Below are positions 55,301 to 63,038 of a DNA stretch of 64,000 nucleotides, in pieces (the stretch's first letter is position 1; each line of letters begins with the position of its first letter). The notes under the pieces are model-generated. The model worked only from the letters and a program-made list of their open reading frames with translations, was not told where the DNA came from and made no database searches. The translations under genes and the position numbers were made by a program. Source of the stretch: Octopus sinensis. Its lineage: Eukaryota. The stretch lies in NCBI RefSeq assembly GCF_006345805.1, contig NC_043021.1:4898001-4962000 (forward strand), in the 5' to 3' direction.

Positions 55301-58300
55301 GCTATGAGAGCAAACGCATCAGCATAAGGCAGTTTCCAGGGGCAGCCTGTTTTGAATTCTTCTGTTATGGCCTGGAGGACAATGATGAAAAGGAGAAGCC
55401 TAAGAATTGAGCCCTGATGAAAACCTACGTGTACAAATTTATCATTGTACTCGTTAAGTCTCACCTTACTGAAAAACTCTGTACAGGACCTGTACAGCTT
55501 TCACAAGCCACTCGTCTACCTCTACCTTTCTCGGAACCCACCATATCACATAGTGAGGTACTCTATCAAAGGCTTTCTCCAGATCAACAAATGCCAAGTA
55601 TAGCATCTTATTCTTAGCTAAATACTTTTTCTTGCAGCTGCCTGACTATGAAAATAACATCAATAGTACTTCTATTGAAAAGTGACATTTTGCCCCTGCG
55701 AGCTACAAGACCATGTCAAGCTCTGATATCAGCTTTAGCATGGTTTCTAGGTCCTTCCTAACGCCAACCTCTTTACAGTATGTTCTGTGAGCTTTTTTTC
55801 ACTAGTACCAGTGAAGTCACTAAATAACTTGTAAGCTAGAGTAAAGAAAGGAATAGGAAAAAGCCCCTTCGACTGAGTAAGAGTGTACTTGAAAAAGCAG
55901 GAGGTGACTTTATGCCAGGTATTGAAAGATTAAAGGATGACATTGGGACATGACCAGGTGTCTTGCATAGGAGATATATGCTACCTTGTATTATAAAAGG
56001 ATGAAAGGTAGCTAGCTGGCAGAACCATTAGCATGCAAGACAAAATGCTTAGCAGCATTTCATTTGTCCTCTAGTTCTAGGTTCAAATTCTGCCACAGTC
56101 AAACTTTGCTTTTTATCCTTTTGGGAGTTGATGAAATAAATGCCAGTCGAACATTGGGGTTGATGTAATTGACTGGCCCCTCTTCCCCGAAATTTCAGGC
56201 CCTGTGCCAAAAGGATTATGTAAGGATGGGTGGGAATAGCCAGGAAGAAGAGAAAGAGTGACAATATATGTCAGAGCACACATTCAAGGTACAAGAAGGT
56301 GAGTAGAAAAGAAAATATGGACAGTGGATCAAGAAAGAAAGAGGGGGTCGGTAATTTCATAAGAATGTGAAAGGAGAGTGACAGATGGTTAGGGATGGAG
56401 GGAAACGCAATCTTTCAGGATGATAATGCCCTAATTCACACAGCTAAAATTGTTACTGAACGGCACAAGGAACATTCTAGTGAAGTTGAACATCTTATCT
56501 GGCCACCACAGTCCCCAGATCTCAAACACCATCCGTTCGTGGCCGTTTGCCAGCTCTGTCTGGCACCTGTGCAGGTGGCACGTAAAAAGCACCCACTACA
56601 CTCACGGAGTGGTTGGCGTTAAGAAGGGCATCCAGCCGTAGAAACACTGCCAGATCAGACTGGGCCTGATGCAGCCTTCCGGCTTCCCAGACCCCAGTTG
56701 AACCGTCCAACCCATGCTAGCATGGAAAACGGACGCTAAACGATGATGATGATGATGATTTATGGTGCATCTTAGAAAAACAAGTATGGAGTCGATATCT
56801 TCCAACATCATCACTACAAGAACTGTAGACTCTTTTAGCTGAAGAATGGACAAAAATTCCTCTGGAAACAATTCAAACTTTGTACGAGTCCATACCTAGT
56901 AGAATTCAAGCCGTAATTACTGCCAAAGGCGGTCCTACCCCATATTAAAATAAATTTGTTTGAAATTTCAAGGTGTTTCCATTATTTTGTCCAACCCCTG
57001 TACACACATACATATACACACAAGCGTAAGGCGGCGAGCTGGCAGAAACATTAGCACGCCGGGCGAAATGCGTAGCCGTATTTCGTCTGCCGTTACGTTC
57101 TGAGTTAAAATTCCGCTGAGGTTGACTTTGCCTTTCATCCTTTCGGGGTCGATAAATTAAGTACCAGTTACGCACTGGGGTCGATGTAATCGACTTAATC
57201 CGTTTGTCTAGCCTTGTTTGTCCCCTCTGTGTTTGGCCGCTTGTGGGTAGTAAAGAAACATATACACACGAGCGTGGTTATGAGAGTGATTTTGTATTTC
57301 TTCTCGTGTGTTTCACGTGCACGTTTGGAAACAAAAAAAGGCTCGTCTTATTTTCATCTGCTTCCAGTTTTCCGCATAACCATGTCTAGTCTGTCTGTTG
57401 TTTCATAGACTGAGAGATTATTACCTCACTTGGAAACAGGTGGGAGGTGGCGACAGGAAGAGCATCCGGCCGTTATAAACCCTGACTTGACATTAGCCTC
57501 GTCTGACCCGTGCAAGCACGGAAAAGTAGACGTTAAAGCGCTGATGGTGATACAGTATGTATACAAAGGGGAAATAAATGCAACTGAGACTTGCATAGCT
57601 TCTATAAACGTAGTGACATTTCTATAAATAAAGCTGAAACAAGACGAGAGGTCACGGTTGGAATGTCTGAACGTAATTCTGCTCAATCAGGGCGAGCTGA
57701 CTGGGAGATGAACAATTAAGTCACTGACTCAGCTTTTAGCTTTCCTATATATAAACACACACAACAACAACAACATGTATAAACACAGACACAAACACAT
57801 ACTAAATACATATTTCTTTATTACCCACAAGGGGCTAAACATAGAGGGGACAAACAAGGACAGACATAGGTATTAAGTCGATTATATCGACCCCAGTGCG
57901 TAACTGGTACTTAATTTATCGACCCCGAAAGGATGAAAGGCAAAGTCGACCTCGGCGGAATTTGAACTCACAACGTAACGACAGACGAAATACCGCTAAG
58001 CATTTCGTCCGGCGTGCTAACGTCTCTGCCAGCTCTCACCCTACCATTTAAAAAAAAACATCTTCTAGAAAGAACATGTTCGAAGAATAAAAAAAAAACA
58101 GGCTGAGTGGTTCAGCATGGGACGCCTTCGATCACTGATCTGCTAGAAGACACCAATCAACGATATATATATATATATAATATATATACATATATATACA
58201 TATATATACATATATACATATATGTATATATATAGAATTCGTCCGCATTATATTAGGCTATATATACATCCGTGAACATTTCATATTAGCATTATACAAA

Positions 58301-58471
58301 CGAATGTGAGAATATACATACATACTGATATATGTATATGTGTGTGTACGTATGTATGCGTATGTGTGTGTATATATATATATATATTATATATACATAT
58401 ATACATATATGTATATATATATACATATATGTATATATATATACATATATATACATATATTTTATTTATTA

Positions 58472-58512
<41 letters not shown>

Positions 58513-58527
58513 TTTTATTTATTACAC

Positions 58528-58559
<32 letters not shown>

Positions 58560-58694
58560 ACATATATACATATATTTTATTTATTACACTATATATATAT
58601 AATATATATACATATATATACATATATATATATATATTATATATATATATATATTATATATATATATACATATATACATATATTTTATTTATTA

Positions 58695-58739
<45 letters not shown>

Positions 58740-58919
58740 TATACATATATGTATATATATATACATATATATACATATATGTATATATATAGAATTCGTC
58801 CGCATTATATTAGGCTATATATACATCCGTGAACATTTCATATTAGCATTATACAAACGAATGTGAGAATATACATACATACTGATATATGTATATGTGT
58901 GTGTACGTATGTATGCGTA

Positions 58920-58974
<55 letters not shown>

Positions 58975-59265
58975 GATTATTAATTAGTATTTTTACAAAA
59001 AGGTGCAAACCACATAATCACACACACATATGATAGACAGATAGACGACAAAAGCCATTATTTTGTTATCTGAAACGAAGGAGGGACTCGGAGTAACTAC
59101 GTAATGAATCATCAAATTCGAATAAATACCCCCTCTGCTGTATATATGAGTATTTTTCCTCCCGTTCGCACATGAAAACGCTAATACATACATACATATA
59201 TATATATGCTAATACATACATACATACATATACATACATACATACATATATATATGCTAATACAG

Positions 59266-59311
<46 letters not shown>

Positions 59312-59313
59312 TA

Positions 59314-59347
<34 letters not shown>

Positions 59348-59351
59348 GCTA

Positions 59352-59387
<36 letters not shown>

Positions 59388-59431
59388 GCTAATACATACA
59401 TACATACATATATATATATATATGCTAATAC

Positions 59432-59465
<34 letters not shown>

Positions 59466-59837
59466 GCTAATACATACATACATACATATACATACATACA
59501 TACATATATATATGCTCATACACACATACATATATATATATATGCTAATACATACATACATACATATATATATGCTAATACATACATACATATATATATA
59601 TATGCTATACATACATACATACATATATATATGCTAATACATACATACATACATATATATATATGCTCATACATACATACATACTATATATATATGCTCA
59701 TACATACATACATACATACATATATATATATATGCTCATACATACATATATATATATGCTCATACATACATACATACATATATATATATGCTCATACATA
59801 CATACATATATATATATGCTCATACATACATACATAT

Positions 59838-59868
<31 letters not shown>

Positions 59869-59893
59869 GCTAATACATACATACATACATACA

Positions 59894-59928
<35 letters not shown>

Positions 59929-60348
59929 GCTAATACATACATATATATAGCAAAAACTGTCCGATGAACGGCAAACTCAGAGTAACAGGTTTTGTTGAAT
60001 TTTCTGCTGCTTTAAATAAAGTATATATATATATATATACATATATTCACGCACACACATATATACATGCATATACACACACGTGTGTGTATGTATGTAT
60101 ATATATAAAGGCGGGTGAGAGAATATATACATTACCAATATATGTATATATATACCAAAGGGTTTAATGCAGAGCTTTATAAATAAGAGATAGATGGATA
60201 GATGTGTGTGTATAGTTAAGAGGGGGGTCGATTAGTTTTCCTTACTTACCGGTGTGTCGAATGAGTAAGCACATTCGTCTTTAAAAACTTTATCTCCAGT
60301 CGAAGGGACCTTAATTCGTTTCAAATGTGCCGTCAGTGTCCCGTACAT
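18468..60348 (-). CDS. USP5: Ubiquitin carboxyl-terminal hydrolase 5 (isopeptidase T; USP5/USP13 family), 20 coding exons, 812 aa
   Basis: Join (minus): 60348-60250, 51960-51835, 50439-50382, 48390-48272, 47534-47428, 45048-44813, 42817-42723, 41537-41344, 41216-41145, 37821-37740, 35640-35518, 33552-33399, 30604-30547, 29703-29581, 27283-27195, 25843-25742, 23804-23661, 21350-21214, 20223-20076, 18640-18468. All introns are GT..AG with matching phases; total 2439 nt. The translation is colinear with human USP5 as recalled: Zn[12 protein letters not shown] Cys box, QQDAEE, two MGF UBA domains, GHYVCH His box, IYNDEKV. Confidence 0.96.
19490..19790 (+). repeat. About 60-bp internal tandem units of the family D 3' UTR
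   Basis: Repeated GTGGCCGTTGCCAGCCTCGCCTGGCCCCCGTGCCAGTGGCACGTAAAAAGCACCATCCGAT variants. Confidence 0.8.
20076..20223 (-). CDS. USP5: USP5 coding exon 19: [49 protein letters not shown](K)
   Basis: 148 nt, CTACAG acceptor, GTAAGT donor. Confidence 0.95.
20265..21200. repeat. GA-rich low-complexity tract with internal higher-order duplication (USP5 intron 18)
   Basis: Block GACAGAAAAGA(C/G)AGTAAAGACAGTTTAGAAGGAAT..GAGGTACTAG..GATGAAAGA at about 20555 and 20821. Confidence 0.85.
21214..21350 (-). CDS. USP5: USP5 coding exon 18, UBA2 start: [45 protein letters not shown]
   Basis: 137 nt, TTCCAG acceptor, GTATGT donor; MGF motif. Confidence 0.95.
21570..21902. repeat. (GAGT)n/(GT)n microsatellite
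   Basis: Direct inspection; similar tract at 50520-50845. Confidence 0.9.
22459..23019 (-). mobile_element. HHR-containing non-coding element with about 90-bp terminal direct repeats (471-bp period), PLE pLTR/retrozyme-like
   Basis: CTAATGTAGGATAAA...TAAACAATT at 22461-22548 and 22932-23019; internal HHR at 22685-22738; flanked by (TA)n. Confidence 0.55.
22685..22738 (-). ncRNA. Type I hammerhead motif, weak stem III
   Basis: Minus strand TATCA-CTGATGA-AGGGAAGGTTCTTATAAACTAACTCT-GAAA-TTAGGT-T-TGATA; stem I is 5 bp and stem II has a 2x2 internal mismatch. Confidence 0.6.
23068..23125. repeat. Short hairpin, 27-bp arms, at the 5' end of the HHR-bearing element
   Basis: Arms 23068-23094 and 23099-23125, one mismatch, AAAA loop. 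Confidence 0.85.
23283..23387 (+). ncRNA. Type I hammerhead ribozyme motif with long branched stem II
   Basis: Stem I TTTCTTA(23283-89)/TAAGAAA(23381-87); core CTGAAGA; stem II ATCTG/CAGAT plus a 19-bp distal helix; GAAAC; near-palindromic stem III GGTGCATC; GTA cleavage triplet (23378-80). Confidence 0.8.
23661..23804 (-). CDS. USP5: USP5 coding exon 17, UBA1: [47 protein letters not shown](D)
   Basis: 144 nt, TTTGTAG acceptor, GTAAAT donor; MGF motif. Confidence 0.96.
25742..25843 (-). CDS. USP5: USP5 coding exon 16: (D)[33 protein letters not shown](E)
   Basis: 102 nt, TTTCAG acceptor, GTCAGT donor. Confidence 0.94.
25971..26117. mobile_element. piggyBac-like MITE
   Basis: TTAA-CCCCTTACCC ... 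GGGCAAGGGG-TTAA (TTAA target duplication). Confidence 0.65.
27195..27283 (-). CDS. USP5: USP5 coding exon 15: [29 protein letters not shown](D)
   Basis: 89 nt, CTCCAG acceptor, GTAAGT donor. Confidence 0.96.
29581..29703 (-). CDS. USP5: USP5 coding exon 14: [40 protein letters not shown](K)
   Basis: 123 nt, TTGCAG acceptor, GTAAGT donor. Confidence 0.95.
29876..30165. mobile_element. Degenerate MITE-like element with about 50-bp imperfect TIRs
   Basis: TATTGTTATTTTTGGGAAGGTCATTTTTTTTCTCGCCAAATAAACA vs TGTTTATTTGGCAAGAAAAAAATAAATGATCATCTCAAAATATAGCAACATA. Confidence 0.45.
30547..30604 (-). CDS. USP5: USP5 coding exon 13: (D)[18 protein letters not shown](T)
   Basis: 58 nt, TTTACAG acceptor, GTAAGT donor; phases fit both neighbours. 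Confidence 0.9.
30663..30927. repeat. Perfect inverted repeat, 131-bp arms, 3-nt loop
   Basis: Arms 30663-30793 and 30797-30927 are reverse complements around loop AAG. Confidence 0.95.
31311..31356 (-). ncRNA. Minimal type I hammerhead motif, short stem I
   Basis: Minus strand TCT-CTGATGA-T-GGGGTAT-CCTTT-ATATCCC-T-GAAAC-AGCT-GTA-AGA; palindromic stem III, stem I only 3 bp. Confidence 0.6.
31384..31560. repeat. Inverted repeat, 86-bp arms, 5-nt loop, overlapping a hammerhead
   Basis: Arms 31384-31469 and 31475-31560, one mismatch (31427/31517). Confidence 0.95.
31496..31572 (+). ncRNA. Type I hammerhead ribozyme motif with branched stem II
   Basis: Stem I CTTTCCTG/CAGGAAAG (8 bp); CTGATGA 31504-10; stem II GAACTG/TAGCTT (one mismatch) plus a distal hairpin; GAAAC-CATG-GTA. 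Confidence 0.78.
32358..33112 (+). mobile_element. RTE-like LINE 3' end with repeat-containing 3' UTR and (GAT)n tail (family D reference copy)
   Basis: [46 protein letters not shown]. The UTR recurs, 5'-truncated, at about 19490-19950(+), 25190-25400(-), 28965-29480(+), 40830-41132(+), 43040-43315(+), 46617-46890(-), 48465-48935(+), 51600-51765(-), 56526-56757(+). Confidence 0.8.
33399..33552 (-). CDS. USP5: USP5 coding exon 12: [51 protein letters not shown]
   Basis: 154 nt, TTTACAG acceptor, GTATGA donor. Confidence 0.95.
35518..35640 (-). CDS. USP5: USP5 coding exon 11: [41 protein letters not shown]
   Basis: 123 nt, GACAG acceptor, GTTAGA donor; QQDA motif. Confidence 0.96.
36585..36958 (-). 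mobile_element. mariner transposase 3' fragment with TIR
   Basis: [48 protein letters not shown]; TA-CAAGGGGCGTTCAATAAGTAATGCCC end. Confidence 0.85.
37740..37821 (-). CDS. USP5: USP5 coding exon 10: [27 protein letters not shown]
   Basis: 82 nt, CTCTCAG acceptor, GTAAGT donor. Confidence 0.95.
38232..38560 (-). mobile_element. CR1 3' end, second family
   Basis: [33 protein letters not shown]..; a sister copy at about 27415-28160 is split by a SINE at 27700-28118. Confidence 0.8.
39200..39573 (+). mobile_element. R4/Dong-like (RLE-type) non-LTR 3' end with (AAT)n tail
   Basis: [28 protein letters not shown] / [17 protein letters not shown]. Confidence 0.65.
40271..40800 (-). mobile_element. 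About 530-bp interspersed element with (ATT)n tail (family E)
   Basis: Near-identical copy at about 16391-16875; fragments at 28190-28300, 33805-33880 and 34290-34530. Confidence 0.65.
41145..41216 (-). CDS. USP5: USP5 coding exon 9: [23 protein letters not shown](M)
   Basis: 72 nt, phase 2/2, CCCCCCAG acceptor, GTAAGT donor; preceded by a 127-nt intron. Confidence 0.92.
41344..41537 (-). CDS. USP5: USP5 coding exon 8, catalytic Cys box: [64 protein letters not shown](K)
   Basis: 194 nt, CTGTAG acceptor, GTGAGT donor. Confidence 0.97.
42220..42607 (+). mobile_element. tRNA-derived SINE family C (GTGGAGGCGCAATGGCCCAGTGGTTAGGGCAG head)
   Basis: TSD AGTAGGAGGATT at 42208-42219 and 42608-42619. 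Other copies: 3189-3682(+, duplicated alternative tail), 16876-17258(+), 19206-19340(+), 51316-51600(-). Confidence 0.88.
42723..42817 (-). CDS. USP5: USP5 coding exon 7: (D)[31 protein letters not shown]
   Basis: 95 nt, TTTTGCAG acceptor, GTGAGT donor; [11 protein letters not shown] motif. Confidence 0.96.
43704..43810 (+). pseudogene. Degenerate 5S rRNA copy (pseudogene or SINE3-type head)
   Basis: GTTTATGGCCATATCATGTTGAATGCACCAGTTCTTGAGCGATCACCAAAGTTAAGCAAGGTCAAGCCCAGTTAGTATTTGGACAAGTGACCACATGGGAAAC aligns by eye with metazoan 5S rRNA, including the box A and box C regions. Confidence 0.75.
44285..44764. mobile_element. MITE, Tc2/pogo-like TIRs
   Basis: CCGTAAATTCTCGAGTATAATCCGC ... GCGGACTATACTCGAGGATATACGG-TA, with internal GCATTATA(T/C)ACAAGG sub-repeats. 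Confidence 0.75.
44813..45048 (-). CDS. USP5: USP5 coding exon 6, ZnF-UBP: [78 protein letters not shown]
   Basis: 236 nt, GTAG acceptor, GTGAGT donor; the CxxC..C..H zinc ligands are present. Confidence 0.97.
45210..46600 (+). mobile_element. Decayed mariner transposase split by SINE insertions
   Basis: [61 protein letters not shown]; interrupted at 45506-45917 and about 46235-46520. Confidence 0.8.
45506..45917 (-). mobile_element. Dimeric SINE A with 18-bp TSD inside a mariner
   Basis: CTTTAAAAGGGCCACACC at 45488-45505 and 45918-45935. Confidence 0.88.
47428..47534 (-). CDS. USP5: USP5 coding exon 5: [35 protein letters not shown](K)
   Basis: TTGTAG acceptor, GTAAGT donor, 107 nt; WEGD..SK motif. 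Confidence 0.92.
47590..48235. repeat. (CA)n/(CACATG)n microsatellite filling USP5 intron 4
   Basis: Direct inspection. Confidence 0.9.
48272..48390 (-). CDS. USP5: USP5 coding exon 4: (G)[39 protein letters not shown]
   Basis: TTTAG acceptor, GTAATT donor, 119 nt; GVEGGFD motif. Confidence 0.93.
49087..49516 (+). mobile_element. tRNA-derived SINE family B (AGGCGCAGGAGTGGCTGTGTGGTAAG head, CORE-like CACCTTGGGCAAGTG, internal (TA)n)
   Basis: Other copies: 7250-7550(-), 14432-14836(-), 15425-15836(-), 18682-19088(+), 22055-22400(+), 26723-27143(+), 27700-28118(+), 33888-34284(-), 35873-36282(-), 37085-37615(-), 50870-51095(-), 52365-52530(+). Confidence 0.88.
49944..50254 (-). mobile_element. 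Non-autonomous Helitron-like element
   Basis: Minus strand A|TCTTTATATATAAAA ... CCCGAGCAACGCCGGG hairpin ... CTTG|T; inserted in an AT dinucleotide with no TSD. Confidence 0.7.
50382..50439 (-). CDS. USP5: USP5 coding exon 3: [19 protein letters not shown](G)
   Basis: TTTTTAG acceptor, GTAAGT donor, 58 nt; KKPTRLAIG motif. Confidence 0.93.
51835..51960 (-). CDS. USP5: USP5 coding exon 2: [42 protein letters not shown]
   Basis: Poly-T CAG acceptor, GTAAGT donor, 126 nt, phase 0/0. Confidence 0.95.
52199..52236 (+). ncRNA. Degenerate minimal hammerhead-like motif (CTGTCGA core)
   Basis: TCTTT-CTGTCGA-A-GAGC-GTAG-GCTC-GAAA-TGT-A-AAAGA; stems I and II are perfect but the core has A6>T. Confidence 0.45.
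52565..53080 (-). mobile_element. CR1-clade LINE 3' end
   Basis: [53 protein letters not shown]; (TAAC)n tail. Confidence 0.88.
53103..53426. repeat. Spacer-less palindrome, 161/163-bp arms
   Basis: Centre CATCATCA|TGATGATG at 53263/53264; the arms differ only by one AT unit. Confidence 0.93.
53511..53830 (-). mobile_element. Decayed Helitron-like element
   Basis: 3' end CCCAGGCAACACCAGG...CTAA|T resembles the 49944 element with CpG decay; 5' end uncertain. Confidence 0.35.
53950..55560 (-). mobile_element. Older RTE-like RT remnant hosting the 54490 insertion
   Basis: [38 protein letters not shown].. and [20 protein letters not shown] fragments. Confidence 0.7.
54490..54909 (+). mobile_element. 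RTE (BovB-like) 3' fragment with (TAGA)n tail and 11-bp TSD
   Basis: [50 protein letters not shown]; ATTCTTATTCT at 54479-54489 and 54910-54920. Confidence 0.85.
56395..57000 (+). mobile_element. Tc1-like transposase 3' fragment with TIR, split by an RTE 3' tail
   Basis: [23 protein letters not shown] / [27 protein letters not shown]; ends TTTTGTCCAACCCCTG-TA. Confidence 0.8.
57029..57259 (+). mobile_element. tRNA-derived SINE family A (GGCGGCGAGCTGGCAGAA head; GCCTTTCATCCTTTCGGGGTCGATAAA core, Meta-domain-like)
   Basis: A/B-box-like head. Other copies: 1-114(+), 6469-6552(+), 7608-8022(-, dimer), 18098-18322(-), 23850-24075(-), 24670-24900(-), 39575-40232(-, several), 45506-45917(-), 57790-58040(-), 62205-62347(+), plus many decayed ones. 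Confidence 0.85.
58160..59950. repeat. TA/TACA microsatellite field containing a duplicated block of about 150 bp (557-bp offset)
   Basis: GAATTCGTCCGCATTATATTAGG at 58235 and 58792. Confidence 0.88.
59957..59988 (+). ncRNA. Possible decayed hammerhead remnant
   Basis: CTGT-CCGATGA-ACG-GCAAAC-TCAGAGT-A-ACAG; stems I and III pair, stem II and GAAA are defective. Confidence 0.2.
60250..60348 (-). CDS. USP5: USP5 coding exon 1: [33 protein letters not shown]
   Basis: ATG at 60348-60346, donor GTAAGT; matches the USP5 N-terminal motif [22 protein letters not shown]. An acceptor-like TTGTTTACAG lies 11 nt upstream of the ATG, so an upstream exon is likely. Confidence 0.9.
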
Positions 60349-60384
60349 GTTTCCACCTTCTGTAAACAAGATATATCTGCGATG

Positions 60385-60744
60385 TTATATATATATAGAC
60401 AGATAGATAGATATATAGATAGATAGATGGAGAGATGGATGGATAGAGAGATAGATAGATAGATGATTTAAAGGTGTGTATGTGTATAGCCTATATATAT
60501 ATATATATATCTTTTGGGGTTTAAGTATAATGAAAGATAAAGATAAAAGATACTGCTGTTATAACGAAATGGGTTCTTCAAATATATAATTAAAATTTTT
60601 AAACAAGTATAGTGATTACGTAAATTTATGAGTGTATAAAATAGATAGATAGAGAGAGAGAGAGAGATAGATATAGACAGATAGATAGCCAGAGAGATAG
60701 ATAGATATAGACAGATATAGATAGATAGATAGATATAGACAGAT

Positions 60745-60779
<35 letters not shown>

Positions 60780-60937
60780 TAGACATATAATAGATAGATA
60801 GATAGAGATAGATAGATAGATACATACATACATAAATAGACAGATATAGATAGATAGATAGATATAGATATAGATAGATAGCCAGAGAGATAGAAAGAGA
60901 GAGATAGACAGATATAGATAGATAGATATAGACAGAT

Positions 60938-60984
<47 letters not shown>

Positions 60985-61041
60985 TAGACATATAGATAGA
61001 TAGATAGATAGATAGATACATACATACATAAATAGACAGAT

Positions 61042-61096
<55 letters not shown>

Positions 61097-61129
61097 CATA
61101 CATACATACATAAATAGATAGATATAGAT

Positions 61130-61168
<39 letters not shown>

Positions 61169-61220
61169 TACAAATAGATGGATATAGACAGATAGATAGA
61201 TAAATAAATAGATAGATAGG
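60385..61220. repeat. (GATA)n-rich microsatellite field
   Basis: Direct inspection. Confidence 0.9.
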
Positions 61221-61479
61221 AGCCTATTATCTACATATATATGTGCGTGTGTGTAATTATGTATCTGATATATTATATATTTTAGCTTCCCACCTTGTAT
61301 ATCTTGTATATCCAAAATCCAATTGTTATTAAATTTTCTCAGATTTGTTGTTGCTAATGTATATATATATATATTCCTTTTTTTATTATATATTTAATTC
61401 TCTGTTGCTCTTCTAGTTGTTTCTTCTAGTCTTTTTCCCTTTTTTTCTTTCCACACTCTTTCTCTCTTGCTTCTTTTTT

Positions 61480-61660
61480 TTTTTTTTTTCTGTTCTTTAT
61501 TCTCTTGCCATTCGATCTTGCAACACCTTTCTTTCCCAAAACCGTAACAAACTGAAAGATTCTTCTCTTTCTTTCTCCTTCGCCGCCTTCCACAACACTG
61601 AGCCGGTTTCTGGCGACCGCTTAAGCCATCCGCAATAAAAAACACATACGGACACATACA
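61480..61660 (-). promoter_or_regulatory. Candidate USP5 promoter/5'-UTR exon region
   Basis: Only a locally GC/CpG-richer non-repetitive island about 1.2 kb upstream of coding exon 1, which is preceded by an acceptor-like site; boundaries unknown. Confidence 0.25.
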
Positions 61661-61763
61661 ACCATATATATATATATATTATATCTATGTATATTAAATG
61701 AGGTTTTTAATGAAACCGAGAAGCCGACACAGTAAAGTAACTAATCACTCCTTGTCATAGTCT

Positions 61764-61801
<38 letters not shown>

Positions 61802-62204
61802 TTATTTAAATAAGAAGCAATCATCATTTTTAATTTAAGAAGGAAAAAAAAATGATCACATTTGTGTCAATTAATACAACAAAGCGAGGATCGAAAATAA
61901 TTATGGTTTACAAATTAATTCAATCAGCTAATGTTTGCTATATTTTATATAGTAGGGATAAATTTCGTTGATTGAAAATTGTGCGACGGTAGGGGGGAAA
62001 AAAACGTTTAAAATTGAAAGAGAAGATGCAGCATACAAAGAGAGTGAGCAACAGTGAGCTTCGGAGATAGAGAATGCTTAAGTAATTGAAAAAAAGCCGG
62101 TTGGAAGAGGGAGACGGAGGAGGACGTCGAGGGGAGGAGGAGACCATTTCAAAAGATTTTATATAAAACCAGAGTTATTTCCCTTTTTATATTAACACTA
62201 CGGC

Positions 62205-62347
62205 GAGGTCGACTTTGCCTTTCATCCTTTCGGGGTCGATAAATTAAGTACCAGTTAAGCACTGGGGTCGATGTAATCGACTTAATCCCTTTGTTTATCC
62301 TTGTTTGTCCCCTCTATGTTTAGCCCCTTGTGGGTAATAAAGAAACA
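62205..62347 (+). mobile_element. 5'-truncated SINE A with 17-bp TSD
   Basis: TATATTAACACTACGGC at 62188-62204 and 62348-62364. Confidence 0.88.
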
Positions 62348-62897
62348 TATATTAACACTACGGCACAAGACCTATTATCCAGCTTCTAGAAATCCGAGTC
62401 TTCCAGAAACCTAGAAATACTGTGCAATATCGTGTAATATATTGTCATGGCATAGTCAAGCCTTTGACGGATCATGGCTTGCTCCTCCTCCATTTATTTC
62501 TGTCTCTCGCAACATCTCCCAGATCTTTCTCGCTCTCACGTTCAATCTCTTCTTCATCCAGTTGAACATCTTCATTCTCTGCCTTCCTCACTCGCTCTCC
62601 TTCCCACCATGTAATGCTCCTTCCGTCATCCTTTCTGAGAAAATGACCAACAACTCTCCAATGTCTCTCTCTGATAGTTTCAATCAACTGTCTCTTCACT
62701 TTCATCTTTTTCAACACTTCCACATTTGTCACCCTTTGTACCCACAAGATTCTAAGCATTTTTCTATAAAACCACATTTCTACAGCTTTGAGTCTCTTCT
62801 CCATGACTTTGCTTATCGTCCAAGACTCACAGCCATACGTTAGCACCGACCAGCTGTAGCACTTCAATAGTCTTTGCTTGACTTCCATTCCAATTCT

Positions 62898-63038
62898 CTT
62901 CAACATTTAAGTTTAATTTGTCAAAATATTTTCGTCGCTTTTAGACCGTGACCTGTTCAGCATGGATTTTTGTCAGTGAACAGGTCGCGGTCTTAAAGCA
63001 ACGAAAATATTTTGACAAATTAAACTTAAATGTTGAAG
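62898..63038. repeat. Inverted repeat, 62-bp arms, 17-nt loop
   Basis: Arms 62898-62959 and 62977-63038 with three non-WC positions. Confidence 0.92.
62969..63019 (+). ncRNA. Hammerhead-like fold with G3-C8 swapped core (GTGAACA)
   Basis: Stem I TTTGTCA/TGACAAA (7 bp); GTGAACA; extra G; stem II GTCGC/GCAAC (one mismatch); GAAA; palindromic stem III AATATT; TTT triplet. Confidence 0.6.

Noticed and set aside
3189-57100. tRNA-like heads (e.g. 3189, 18682, 42220, 57029) as tRNA genes
   Set aside because: They run into SINE bodies with tails and TSDs, and no complete cloverleaf is evident
58231-58930. About 150-bp direct duplication at 557-bp offset as a functional element
   Set aside because: It is embedded in (TA)n slippage-prone sequence, so local slippage or assembly duplication is the simpler explanation
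1600-61315. Dozens of long ORFs in the track rich in YI, HT, CV, LS or RE dipeptides
   Set aside because: They are translations of (TA)n, (CA)n, (GA)n and (GATA)n microsatellites, with no protein-like complexity
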